In this document: positions 1 to 9,297 of the stretch, piece by piece
Layout: each line of letters opens with the position of its first letter
Position numbering within the stretch: the stretch's first letter is position 1
NCBI GenBank assembly: GCA_041390245.1
Contig: JAWKQI010000002.1
Location: 68,302 to 132,301, forward strand
Source: Eubacteriales bacterium
GTDB lineage: Bacteria > Bacillota > Clostridia > Christensenellales > JAWKQI01
Reading direction: 5' to 3'
Length of the DNA stretch: 64,000 nucleotides
Position numbers and translations under genes: made by a program
The notes under the pieces: generated by a model
Database searches by the model: none
Told to the model about the DNA's origin: nothing
The model's input: only the letters and a program-made list of their open reading frames with translations

Positions 1-667
1 TAAAGACATATGGCCAAATATATCCAAAATAAAAACAGTTAAAATAGCCAACATTTCAGGCTTCAGCAAGGAAGATTACCTAAACGTTATAGAAGAATTA
101 AATAATTGCGACATAGATTTATATGAGTTAAACATATCTTGCCCAAATGTGGCGCACGGCGGCGCGTTTTTCGGCAGAGACGAAAAAAAGGCTTATGAAA
201 TAGTCAGTGCTGCGAAGAAAAAGGCGGCTAAGCCGCTTATCGTAAAGCTTATGCCTATTTTGCCTTCGTTGGATGCCGTTGCCATAGCGGCTGAGGAAGC
301 GGGAGCAGATGCGCTCTCTTTGATAAACACTCTGCCTGCAATGGCAATAGACGCAAAAAGCAAAAGGCCGGTTTTGGGAAATGTAACCGGCGGCTTATCC
401 GGCCCTGCAATAAAGCCTGTTGCCTTAAAGCTTGTATACGAAGTCTCTAAATGCGTGAAGATCCCTATAATCGGGGGCGGGGGAGTCTTTTCCGGCGAAG
501 ATGCGGCCGAGTTCATGCTGGCTGGCGCCTCGCTCGTATCGGCAGGCACGGCTACTCTTGCAGACCCGTATGCCGTATTAAGGATAGTTGATGAATTAAG
601 AAAATACGCTTTAAGCCAAGGTGTAAAACAAATAAAAGAATTAACAAACGCATTGATAGTGGGGTAA
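1..667 (+). CDS. pyrD: Dihydroorotate dehydrogenase catalytic subunit (class 1), C-terminal part; 5' end lies upstream of the window
   Basis: The frame is open from base 2 (KDIWPNISKIKTVKIANISGF...DLYELNISCPNVAHGG) and runs into track ORF 149..667. The ELNISCPN, GGLSGPAIKPVAL and IIGGGGV motifs are typical of class-1 DHODH. pyrE starts 6 nt downstream. Confidence 0.9.
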   Translation, partial: KDIWPNISKIKTVKIANISGFSKEDYLNVIEELNNCDIDLYELNISCPNVAHGGAFFGRDEKKAYEIVSAAKKKAAKPLIVKLMPILPSLDAVAIAAEEAGADALSLINTLPAMAIDAKSKRPVLGNVTGGLSGPAIKPVALKLVYEVSKCVKIPIIGGGGVFSGEDAAEFMLAGASLVSAGTATLADPYAVLRIVDELRKYALSQGVKQIKELTNALIVG

Positions 668-673
668 CATTAT

Positions 674-1249
674 ATGACTAACGAACAAAAAATTAAAATT
701 TTAAAAGAAATTGAAGTAATGCTGGAAGGGCACTTTTTGCTGACATCCGGCCGCCATTCCGACAAGTATATGCAGTGCGCTAAATTATTTCAGTATCCTA
801 AATATGCCGAAATGTTCGCAAAAGATTTATGCGAGAATTTCAGAAATGATAAAATAGATGTTGTAGTTGGGCCTGCCGTTGGCGGAATTATCCTTGCATA
901 CGAAGTATCGCGCCAATTGGATGTGAAAAACGTATTTGCAGAAAGGGAAAACGGTGAAATGTGCCTGCGGCGCGGTTTTGAAGTGCTGCCCGGGCAAAAC
1001 GTATTGATAGTAGAGGACGTTGTTACAACAGGTGGCTCTGTTAAAGAAGTAATATCTTTAATGAAAGAATTAGGGGCAAACATCTTAGGAGTCGGTAGCG
1101 TTGTAGACAGAAGCGCCGGCAAGACGGATTTTGGCTATCCGTTTTTTGCGGTGCTATCTATGGAGGTAAAATCCTACGCACCTGAAGAATGCCCAATTTG
1201 CAAAAAAAATCTACCGCTGGTTAAACCCGGCAGTAGAAATTTAAAATAA
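674..1249 (+). CDS. pyrE: Orotate phosphoribosyltransferase
   Basis: 191-aa ORF with the PRPP-binding loop [13 protein letters not shown]. Its size and its position after pyrD fit OPRT. Confidence 0.9.
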   Translation: MTNEQKIKILKEIEVMLEGHFLLTSGRHSDKYMQCAKLFQYPKYAEMFAKDLCENFRNDKIDVVVGPAVGGIILAYEVSRQLDVKNVFAERENGEMCLRRGFEVLPGQNVLIVEDVVTTGGSVKEVISLMKELGANILGVGSVVDRSAGKTDFGYPFFAVLSMEVKSYAPEECPICKKNLPLVKPGSRNLK

Positions 1250-1255
1250 CTGGTC

Positions 1256-1651
1256 TTATAAATCTAACATCTGCGAAATAGTGTTTATAGCTAAAGCTGT
1301 ATCGTCGCTGTTTACGCAGATGGAGATTTTAGTTTCGGATGTAGCTATTAATAGGGCAGATATCTTGTTCTGGGTGAATGCCCCTAAAACTTTTGCAGCT
1401 ACACCAGATTGTTTAGCCATTCCTTCGCCTTCAACCGTTATCTTCGATACGTTGTTGATAGTAAAGATTTGGCTTTTATTTATCTGCTTTTTAATTATCT
1501 CAACAGCCTTGTTTAAATCACTTTTCTTTAAGGTGAACGCAATATCAACTATATCATTTTTAGGCGGAGATTGCGTTATTATATCTACAAATATCTCCTC
1601 GGCTGCTATTGCACAAAAGATATCCGATATGCATTTGGGTTTAAATGGCAT
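1256..1651 (-). CDS. Aspartokinase-type tandem ACT regulatory domain protein with no kinase domain; its N-terminal strand is encoded in the dapB frame
   Basis: MPFKPKCISDIFCAIAAEEIFVDIITQS and GMAKQSGVAAKVLGAFTQNKISALLIATSETKISICV resemble the two ACT repeats of aspartokinase beta subunits. The expected first strand (DVDQAIV) lies upstream in the dapB reading frame. See the finding. Confidence 0.7.
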   Translation of the reverse strand: MPFKPKCISDIFCAIAAEEIFVDIITQSPPKNDIVDIAFTLKKSDLNKAVEIIKKQINKSQIFTINNVSKITVEGEGMAKQSGVAAKVLGAFTQNKISALLIATSETKISICVNSDDTALAINTISQMLDL

Positions 1652-2468
1652 ACCGGTTATAGAACACTATAGCTTGATCTACATCGCAAAAAACGTTTGT
1701 AAGTTCGCTTTGTTCGGCTAAAATATCTTTCATACCATAAAGCCCCGGAGCTTTTTCAGAGATAAACTTAGCAGCGCGAATAGCTCCAACGGCAAATATC
1801 TGCTTTGAAATAGCAAAGTGGTTTATTTCCAAAATCTCATCGTTACCAAAGAACTTGACTTGATGCTCTCCCGGTACAGTACCACCGCGTACTGAATGTA
1901 TGCCTATTTCATGGTTGGTTCTTTTATCGTTTCTTGAGTGGCGGCCATACGTATAGTCCATAGTGTTTAAATACGCCTCATTTATACTGTTGGCGATAGA
2001 TAAGGCCGTCCCGCTAGGGGAATCTACTTTTTGATTGTGGTGGGTCTCTATTATTTCAACGTCGTAAGAATACCCCAGAAAAGAAGCAGCCTTTTTGCAA
2101 AGTTCCATCTGCAAGTTAACGCCAAGCGACATGTTAGACGCCATAAATATGGGTATAATGTTAGACGCTTCCTCTATTATTGCCAGTTCGTCTGCATTGA
2201 AACCTGTCGTTGCAATTACAATGGACATATTTTTACGTTTACAGTATTCAATGTTGTTTGGCAAAGCCTCTGGACGTGAAAAATCTATTAATACATCGGC
2301 AGGCAAATCACATTCATTTATATTTTCATATACGGGGAATGGATTTTTATGCGCTGACGTAAATCTGTCTATTCCGGCTATAACTGCAATATTTTCGTTA
2401 ACAGATATCGTATTTGCCAACACCTGGCCCATCTTGCCGTTAACTCCGTTTAAAATAACTCTAATCAT
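1641..2468 (-). CDS. dapB: 4-hydroxy-tetrahydrodipicolinate reductase
   Basis: 275-aa ORF with an N-terminal dinucleotide fold (VILNGVNGKMGQ) and the catalytic motif ETHHNQKVDSPSGTA. The canonical DapB end is near GLYGMKDIL (about 1716). The last 25 codons look like the start of an ACT domain. Confidence 0.9.
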   Translation of the reverse strand: MIRVILNGVNGKMGQVLANTISVNENIAVIAGIDRFTSAHKNPFPVYENINECDLPADVLIDFSRPEALPNNIEYCKRKNMSIVIATTGFNADELAIIEEASNIIPIFMASNMSLGVNLQMELCKKAASFLGYSYDVEIIETHHNQKVDSPSGTALSIANSINEAYLNTMDYTYGRHSRNDKRTNHEIGIHSVRGGTVPGEHQVKFFGNDEILEINHFAISKQIFAVGAIRAAKFISEKAPGLYGMKDILAEQSELTNVFCDVDQAIVFYNRYAI

Positions 2469-2498
2469 ATGTTTTCTCCACTGTTAATCTAATTTTTA

Positions 2499-3380
2499 CT
2501 AGTTTATCTTACCTAACTTAGCTAACTCCACTTTTAATTTATCTAATTTATCATAAGACATGTCGCAAAGGGGAAGCCGCAGTTCTCCCATGTCAAATCC
2601 CATCAATCTAAGTGCAGTCTTTACAGGTATCGGGTTTACATCGCTAAAAAGCGCAGCCGACAACGGGTTTAACATAAACTGTAATTTCTTGGCCGTATCT
2701 AAATCTTTATTTAAATATGCTGTAGCCATATCATGCACTTCTTTTGGCGCTACATTAGCGGTTACGGATATCACGCCCAGCCCGCCTACGGACATTATAG
2801 GTATAGCGTGGTCATCGTTGCCTGCATAAAGGTCTATTTTGCCTTCGCATAATCTTGCCATCTCTACTATCTGGGTTATATTGGCGCTTGCTTCCTTAAT
2901 TCCTACAATGTACTTGTTCTCAGACAGTTTTAAAAGAGTATCCGGTGTAATGTTAAGCCCGGTACGAGAGGGGACATTATACACAATAGTCGGCAGTTTA
3001 GAAGCATCTGTCATAGCGTTAAAGTGCTTTATAAGCCCTGCAACAGAACACTTGTTGTAATAAGGAGTGACGGCTAAAATGGCGTCTGCACCTAGTTCGC
3101 TTGCTTTTTTTGCCATTTCAACACTTGATACCGTATTATTTGTCCCGGCTCCTGCAATTATAGGTATGCGGCCTGATACACGCTTAACCGTAAAGTCTAT
3201 TACTGCACATTTTTCGGCAGTTGTCATAGTAGACGGTTCGCCTGTTGTTCCACATACTAAAATCGAGTCTGTTTTGTTGTCAATATGAAATTCTATAAGT
3301 TTAGCTAAAGTGTCAAAATTTATTCCGTCCTTGGTAAACGGAGTAGATAGAGCAACACAGCTTCCTTTAAAAACGCTCAT
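2499..3380 (-). CDS. dapA: 4-hydroxy-tetrahydrodipicolinate synthase
   Basis: 293-aa ORF with GTTGEPSTMT and the Schiff-base lysine region VGIKEASANI. It sits between asd and dapB. Confidence 0.92.
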   Translation of the reverse strand: MSVFKGSCVALSTPFTKDGINFDTLAKLIEFHIDNKTDSILVCGTTGEPSTMTTAEKCAVIDFTVKRVSGRIPIIAGAGTNNTVSSVEMAKKASELGADAILAVTPYYNKCSVAGLIKHFNAMTDASKLPTIVYNVPSRTGLNITPDTLLKLSENKYIVGIKEASANITQIVEMARLCEGKIDLYAGNDDHAIPIMSVGGLGVISVTANVAPKEVHDMATAYLNKDLDTAKKLQFMLNPLSAALFSDVNPIPVKTALRLMGFDMGELRLPLCDMSYDKLDKLKVELAKLGKIN

Positions 3381-3407
3381 TTCTTAAAACCCCCTTAAAA
3401 CTAAAAA

Positions 3408-4404
3408 TTATCCCTGCTGGCGAATATATTCCTCGGCTATCTGAACAGCGTTGGTAGCTGCTCCTTTTCTTATGTTGTCTGCAACCACGAACATGTTGAT
3501 TCCGTTATCAACACTGTAATCCCGTCTTATACGCCCGATAAAGACTTCGTCGTGATCTGTTGCAGTTATCGGCATAGGGTAGACGTTGTTTTTGATATCA
3601 TCTGCTATTACTATACCAGGTGCGTTTCTTAAAACATCTGTTAATTCGCTTAATTCAAAAGCGTTTTCAAACTCAACGTTTATCGCCTCGCTGTGTGAAT
3701 TGAACACAGGCACGCGCACCGTAGTAGCTGTTACTTTGATAGAATCGTCTCCTAAAATCTTATGTGTTTCTTTTACCATCTTTATTTCTTCTTTTGTATA
3801 TCCGTCGTCTAAAAACACATCTATCTGAGGCAGTACGTTGTTGAAAATAGGGTAGGTGAATTTCTGAGGAGCCTCGCCGCATATCCCTTTTTCCAAATCC
3901 ATCCAGCCGCCTCTTCCTGCACCTGATACAGCCTGAAACGTAGTATAGACTACACGTTTTATTTTATATTTATCATGCAGTGGTTTTAATGCAACAACTG
4001 CTTGTATCGTTGAACAATTCGGGTTGGCAATTATCCCTTTATGTAATTTTATATCGCCAGGGTAACTTCCGGAACCACTCATAGAGGAACTCTCTGTCCA
4101 TGCGCCATGCACTTGAATTGTCTATAACGACGGCAACCGTTCTTGGCAAAAATAGGGGCAAAATGTTCGCTTGTAAGCTCCCGACTGAAAAGTGCAATAT
4201 CGACTTTATTATTAAGAATATTATTTTCGGAGTAAGCTCAATTACCTCATATTCTTTCCCCTAAAAGAGAGCTTTTACCTGCGCTTCTTGCGGATGCAAA
4301 TAAACAGTACTCGGAAACAGGAGTTTCCTTTCTTCTAAAACCTGTAAAAACTTGCGGCCAACCATTCCTGTTGCGCCGACTACTGCGACCTTATATTGCT
4401 TCAT
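3408..4404 (-). pseudogene. asd: Aspartate-semialdehyde dehydrogenase; 3' two-thirds intact, 5' third broken by multiple frameshifts
   Basis: ORF 3408..4112 carries the active site IANPNCSTIQ, QAVSGAG and the C-terminal Asd fold. An ATG at 4404 with the SD GGAGGG opens MKQYKVAVVGATGMVGRKFLQVLEERKL and then hits a stop. Asd-like pieces (PVSEYCLFASARSAGK, GKEYEVIELT, ENNILNNKVDIALFS, ELTSEHFAPIFAKNG, VVIDNSSAWRMDRE, VPL.VVPEV) are spread over all three frames between about 4100 and 4330. Confidence 0.85.
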
Positions 4405-4432
4405 GTAAATATCCCTCCGAAAAGATATATAA

Positions 4433-4461
4433 ATAAAAAAACAGCATATTCGTGCTGTTTA
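4433..4461 (-). terminator. Intrinsic terminator acting as the expression platform of the lysine riboswitch
   Basis: On the minus strand, AACAGCA-CGAATA-TGCTGTT is followed by TTTTTTATTT. It lies between the L-box aptamer and the asd SD. Confidence 0.75.
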
Positions 4462-4497
4462 AAACTTAAAAACAAATAAAAATTCATATCTAAATTT

Positions 4498-4672
4498 TAA
4501 ATACAGCAGCGCTCCACTTAATTAAAGTGACAGTTATACAACTGTTCGTTGTATACCCAGGCAATATCTAGCGTTATCAATATACCTTCGGCATTATTTC
4601 CTTTCCTGCATATTACTAAAACGGTTAAACGCCACCTCATAATATGGTACTTTTAAATAATGCACCTCTTAA
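4498..4672 (-). promoter_or_regulatory. Lysine riboswitch (L-box) leader of asd-dapA-dapB
   Basis: The minus strand reads AAGAGGTGC..AGTACC..GAGGTGGC..GGAAAGG..GCCGAAGG..CTGGG..ACTGTCAC..GTGGAGCGCT. These are the conserved L-box blocks in the correct order, upstream of lysine/DAP pathway genes. Confidence 0.8.
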
Positions 4673-4699
4673 CTGTACAAATATATTTATTTTCAATAA

Positions 4700-4729
4700 A
4701 TTATAGCACCCGTCGTTAAGATATGTCAA
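4700..4729 (-). promoter_or_regulatory. Sigma-A type promoter for the L-box/asd operon
   Basis: On the minus strand: TTGACA (4729..4724), an 18-nt spacer ending in TGC, then TATAAT (4705..4700), giving an extended -10. It sits about 30 nt upstream of the aptamer. Confidence 0.55.
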
Positions 4730-4744
4730 TCTTTATAACTATAA

Positions 4745-4773
4745 TTGAAATAGACACTTTAATAATGTATAAT
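4745..4773 (+). promoter_or_regulatory. Sigma-A type promoter for the M20 amidohydrolase operon, divergent from the asd promoter
   Basis: TTGAAA (4745..4750), a 17-nt spacer ending in TG, then TATAAT (4768..4773). Confidence 0.5.
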
Positions 4774-4807
4774 AAAAAAATCAAATTAAATTTTTATGAG
4801 GATACCT

Positions 4808-5950
4808 ATGGATATAAATGCTTTAGCCTCAGAAATGAAAAACGAACTTGTAAGAATCCGCCGCGATTTACATAAAATTCCCGAGACAGCATACAGCGAA
4901 TTTAAAACAAATGAGTATATAATGAGATACTTAAATTCACTTAATGCTGATATCGTTTCCAAAATCGCAAAAACCGGAGTTAAAGCTGTCTTTTATTCCA
5001 AAAATGCTACAAAGACTATAGCTATACGTTCAGATATAGACGCTCTTCCGATAACTGAAAACACCGGGCTTTCCTTTGCTTCCATAAATCCGGATTTCAT
5101 GCATGCCTGCGGGCACGATGCACATATGGCTATGGCACTCGTAACAGCCAAAATAATCAGCAAAATTAGGGACATGCTTTCATGTAACATGGTATTTTTA
5201 TTTCAACCTGCCGAAGAATCCACAGGCGGAGCCGAACTCATGATAGAAAGCGGCGCGCTTTCAAGCCCTAAAGTTGATGAGATATATGCATTTCATGTTT
5301 GGCCGGACGTTCCACTTGGAAAAGTCAGCATAAAAAAAGGCGCAGTAATGGCTAACATGTGTGATTTTGATATAGACATACACGGAAAAAGTGCACATAG
5401 TTCAAAACCGGACATAGGAATAGATGCAATTGAATATGCGGCTCACTTTATTGCTTATTGCAAAGATATAGTTAAAAAAGATGAAAACGCAGTTTTAAAC
5501 ATAGGAAAAATTAGTGGTGGAAACAGCAGAAATATAATAAGCGACTTTGTACATATGGAAGGCACTCTCAGGTCTTTTGACGAGGATGTTTTTAATAATT
5601 TGCGAAAAAATATTAAGGACAAGCTGTCTAGCCTTGAAAAATCCGGCCATGTAAAGACCAAATATCTTGAAAATACTTTTTTCCCGGCAGTTGTCAATCC
5701 AAATGGATTGGCAGATAAAGTAAGTGCTTTACTGCCAAAAGAGTTGCTTTTCGATGTAGAACCAAGCATGGCTTCAGAAGATTTTGCTTATTATCAAAAA
5801 GCTGTTCCAGGGCTTTACATGTTTTTAGGCATTGGAACTAACGATAAAACCTTAACGCTGCATTCTAATGACTTCAACTTTGATGAAAGCGTATTGGAGT
5901 TAGGGCTTTATATATATTTACATATATTATCGGAGTATATAAGTGGCTGA
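4808..5950 (+). CDS. M20D-family amidohydrolase; by context possibly an N-acetyl-diaminopimelate deacetylase-like enzyme
   Basis: Track ORF 4796..5950. The ATG at 4808 is preferred because a GAGGA sequence lies 5 nt upstream. Motifs: IRRDLHKIPE, the metal ligands MHACGHDAH, and FLFQPAEE..GGA. Confidence 0.85.
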   Translation: MDINALASEMKNELVRIRRDLHKIPETAYSEFKTNEYIMRYLNSLNADIVSKIAKTGVKAVFYSKNATKTIAIRSDIDALPITENTGLSFASINPDFMHACGHDAHMAMALVTAKIISKIRDMLSCNMVFLFQPAEESTGGAELMIESGALSSPKVDEIYAFHVWPDVPLGKVSIKKGAVMANMCDFDIDIHGKSAHSSKPDIGIDAIEYAAHFIAYCKDIVKKDENAVLNIGKISGGNSRNIISDFVHMEGTLRSFDEDVFNNLRKNIKDKLSSLEKSGHVKTKYLENTFFPAVVNPNGLADKVSALLPKELLFDVEPSMASEDFAYYQKAVPGLYMFLGIGTNDKTLTLHSNDFNFDESVLELGLYIYLHILSEYISG

Positions 5951-6683
5951 TTCCTACTCTTATTTATCTAAAATATATGATACAATGATGCACGACGTAG
6001 ACTATGATGCGTGGTCGAAATATATAGCGTCTTTTATAAAAGGCGAATATCCGGATAAAAAAATAAATATTTTAGAAACGGCATGCGGCACCGGAAATAT
6101 AACGTGGAGACTAGCAAAAGAAGGATATAGCGTCATAGCTTCAGACATAAGCGAAGAAATGCTTGCTAAAGCCGCTCAAAATTTAGCGGCAAACGGGCAA
6201 AAGGCTGTGCTTATTATCAAAGATATGCAGAATATAACGCTTAACCACAGTGTAGAGGTAATTATAAGTGTGTGCGACGGAATAAATTACTTGAACGCAC
6301 AGCAGGTACAAAGGTTCTTCAAAACTGCATATGCCAATCTAAAAGAAGGCGGTATATTGCTGTTTGACATCAGTAGCGAGTTTAAGTATAAAGAAGTTAT
6401 AGCAAACAACGTGTTTTGCGATGAAGATGACAGTAGTGCCTATATTTGGAAAAATACACTAAATAAAAACTCCTGTGAAATGGACGTAACGATCTTTATA
6501 AAAGAAAACGATGTATTTAAACGGTTTTCAGAACAGCACAAACATTATATTCACAGCGAAAAATATTTAAAAGCAAGGCTTTTAAGCGCCGGCTTTTCAA
6601 AGGTTAAAACCTTTGATTGTTTTACCAAAGATATGGTAAAAGAAAATTCTAACAGAATACAATTCCTCGCTAAGAAGGGGTAG
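5943..6683 (+). CDS. Class I SAM-dependent methyltransferase
   Basis: 246-aa ORF with motif I ILETACGTGNIT. The GTG start overlaps the upstream stop by 8 nt. Confidence 0.8.
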   Translation: MADSYSYLSKIYDTMMHDVDYDAWSKYIASFIKGEYPDKKINILETACGTGNITWRLAKEGYSVIASDISEEMLAKAAQNLAANGQKAVLIIKDMQNITLNHSVEVIISVCDGINYLNAQQVQRFFKTAYANLKEGGILLFDISSEFKYKEVIANNVFCDEDDSSAYIWKNTLNKNSCEMDVTIFIKENDVFKRFSEQHKHYIHSEKYLKARLLSAGFSKVKTFDCFTKDMVKENSNRIQFLAKKG

Positions 6684-6689
6684 ACATAA

Positions 6690-7584
6690 ATGGCACAATT
6701 AATAAAAACACTCATAAATCTAGATGCCGTTGTGGTTGCATGCGACACAACAGATATATGCGAGCATGCAAGGCAGATTCATGGCCTGACATATACTACA
6801 AGCGCCGTTTTAGGCAGAGCTTTGACTGCAGCTATAATAATGGGCAATTCACTTAAGAACGCCGATACAAGCGTAACCTTAAATATAAACGGTGGTGGCC
6901 CTGCGGGCACTGTAATTACCGTTTCCAACAGCGAATGCGAAGTTAAAGGATATGTGACTAATCCTGCCGTTTCACTCCCGCTTAACGATAAGGGAAAATA
7001 GACGTTTCAGGCGCAGTAGGCAGCCATGGGTATTTGACCGTTATTAAAGACCTTAAACTAAAGGACCCGTATATAAGCAGGGTAGCTTTAAAATCCGGTG
7101 AAATAGCCGAAGATTTAGCAGCATATTATGCTCAGTCCGAGCAACAGCCAAATATAATATTTTTAAGTGTTATAGTGTCTCCCGGCCTAAATATAAAGGC
7201 AGCCGGAGGTATAGCTGTCTTTTGCTTCCGCATGCCTCGGAACAGACCATTTCGGAAATTGAAAACAGAGTGGATAAAATTTCAAACTACTCTAACATGC
7301 TTCAAGACAAGACCCCAAGTGAAGCCCTAAATGAGATTTTTAACGGTCTTCCGGTAGATTTTATTGAGGAAGTTACGCCAAAGTATAAATGCAGCTGCAG
7401 TAAAGAGCGCCTTAAAAGCGTGATAGTATCTATGGGTCAAAAAGAAATCGAAGACATAATCAAAAAAGATGGAAAAGCGGAAATAATTTGCAAATTCTGT
7501 AATAAAAAATACAATTTCAATAAAGAAGAACTTTTATCTTTATTGAAAAAAGCTACAAGTGAGGAAAACAAACTTGAAAGTTAA
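6690..7584 (+). pseudogene. hslO: Hsp33 redox-regulated chaperone, reading frame broken twice
   Basis: Three consecutive ORFs (6690..7001, 7034..7330, 7222..7584) together give a full Hsp33. The N-terminal core reads GRALTAA..LNINGGGPAG, the middle reads GYLTVIKDLKLKDPYISRVALKSGEIAEDLAAYYAQSEQ, and the C-terminal zinc switch reads CSCS...CKFCNKKY. The breaks are at the A4 run 6995..6998 and the T4 run 7220..7223. Confidence 0.88.
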
Positions 7585-9289
7585 AAGCGGAAATGTAAGA
7601 AAAGCGGAAAATAAAATATTGTCTTTCAACCAGCCTGCACAGTTTTTTATACGGTTAGCAGAGAAGCACCTTGACAAAAATGACTTTTTAGATGCGCTTT
7701 ACTACTATAGAAAAGCTTCCGATATAGAACCTGGCGATATAGACAACCAGATCGCTATTGCCGAAATTTTAACGGAAATAGGGCATTTTGAAGAATCCAA
7801 TAATCTATTTTTTAAGCTTTTGAGAAGAAACAGCTATATAATACCAGAATGCTATTTTGGCATAGGATGCAATTATATGGAGCTTGGAGAATTCGAGTTG
7901 GCAAAGGAAAACTTCCAAAAGTACCTTGATAAAGACCCTGACGGCGAATTCTATACCGATACCATGGAATTTTTGGATGTATTAAAAGACGAACTGCAAA
8001 ACAAAGAAATCATAGGTCCTATAGCAGATGTCGCTAACTTAAATAACCTTCAGTTGTCTATTACAGGGAAAGATTTTATAGACAAAGGGGAATACGACGA
8101 AGCAATTAAAATACTTGAAAGTATTACTGATATAAACGATTTTTTATATGCAAAGAATAACTTAGCTCTTGCTTATTTTTGCAAAGGGAAATATGACAAA
8201 GCGGTAAAAATAACTAAAAATGTATTAAAAAAGCAGCCGAGTAATGTCTATGCGACCTGTAATATGGCAATGCTCATGAAAAAAACGGACAATTTAAAGG
8301 AGTATAAACGCTATCTTAATTTAATATCTAATTTTTCAGTCCAGCAGCTAGACGAAATGCAGAAAATTGCACTTACATTTTGTGAACTGGACGAACACAG
8401 GCTTGCAAATATAAGTTTAAAAAATATACTTACGTTAAGCCCGTATGACAAAAAAATAATGCATTATACAGCTGTTTCCTATTACAATATCGGCTCTATC
8501 TCGGAGGCAAGGGAGCTTTGGCTAGACATCTTAAAGATAGACCCGTTAAACAGCATAGCAAAATATTATATAAGGCTTGTATCAAACCAGGATGAATGCC
8601 GCAAAATACCTGTGCTTAACTATGTTTATCAAGTCCCATTCGAGGAAATAACTAGTAGAGTCAAACTGCTAAACAGGTATATGGGATATTCAAAAGATGA
8701 ATTAAAGAAACTGTGGAGTGAAAAAGGGTCTTTAAAAAGTATACTTTTATGGGGGCTAGAACATGGAGACAACTATATAAAACATGCTATTTTGGATATG
8801 GTAGGATCTTTTGAAGACAGCGAAGCTGAGGATATACTTAGAAACTTCATTTTAAGCCACAACGAGCTCGACGACATAAAGAACGAAGCGCTTTTTTTAC
8901 TTAAAAAAATGGATGCAAAAGAGCCATACAAAGCTTATTTAAACGGTTCGGTAGTAGATGTAAAAGTAGGGGTATTAAAAACTCGGTCCGATATACCAAA
9001 CACCTATAAAAGAGTGTTTGAACTGGCTTCTGAAAAGACCCAGGTACATGAAAACGAAAAGATCTTAAACAGTATTCTAAAGGCATGGCAGGAATATATA
9101 AAGACTTTTGATAAAGAAAAGCTGCCGATAATAAGAAAACCGGAATTGTGGGCAGCTGCCCTGGAGTATCTATGCTCGGTTTCTCAGAAAATAAGCACAG
9201 ACCTAGATGAGATATGTTCCAGATACGGTGTAAACAAAAATTCGGTTGTAGAGAGATTTGTATACCTAAATGCTCTTGATTTGTTATAA
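7559..9289 (+). CDS. Tetratricopeptide-repeat protein
   Basis: 576-aa ORF with several TPR-like 34-mers, e.g. FLDALYYYRKASDIEPGD, ECYFGIGCNYMELGEFELAKENFQKYLDKDP and AKNNLALAYFCKGKYDKAVKITKNVLKKQP. The start is uncertain: either GTG at 7559, or TTG at 7574 which has GAGGAAA upstream. Confidence 0.7.
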   Translation: MRKTNLKVKSGNVRKAENKILSFNQPAQFFIRLAEKHLDKNDFLDALYYYRKASDIEPGDIDNQIAIAEILTEIGHFEESNNLFFKLLRRNSYIIPECYFGIGCNYMELGEFELAKENFQKYLDKDPDGEFYTDTMEFLDVLKDELQNKEIIGPIADVANLNNLQLSITGKDFIDKGEYDEAIKILESITDINDFLYAKNNLALAYFCKGKYDKAVKITKNVLKKQPSNVYATCNMAMLMKKTDNLKEYKRYLNLISNFSVQQLDEMQKIALTFCELDEHRLANISLKNILTLSPYDKKIMHYTAVSYYNIGSISEARELWLDILKIDPLNSIAKYYIRLVSNQDECRKIPVLNYVYQVPFEEITSRVKLLNRYMGYSKDELKKLWSEKGSLKSILLWGLEHGDNYIKHAILDMVGSFEDSEAEDILRNFILSHNELDDIKNEALFLLKKMDAKEPYKAYLNGSVVDVKVGVLKTRSDIPNTYKRVFELASEKTQVHENEKILNSILKAWQEYIKTFDKEKLPIIRKPELWAAALEYLCSVSQKISTDLDEICSRYGVNKNSVVERFVYLNALDLL

Positions 9290-9297
9290 TTATAAGT

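Noticed and set aside
193-549. Antisense ORFs from the six-frame track that overlap well-supported genes. Examples: 193..549(-), 790..1122(-), 8901..9380(-), 20115..20549(-), 39617..40174(+), 48745..49179(+), 49219..49803(+), 53377..53913(+), 35404..35763(+).
   Set aside because: Each lies entirely inside a gene with strong family motifs on the other strand. Their translations are low-complexity (rich in S, P, I, F), they lack SD sequences, and they show no recognisable motifs. They are typical shadow ORFs of an AT-rich genome.
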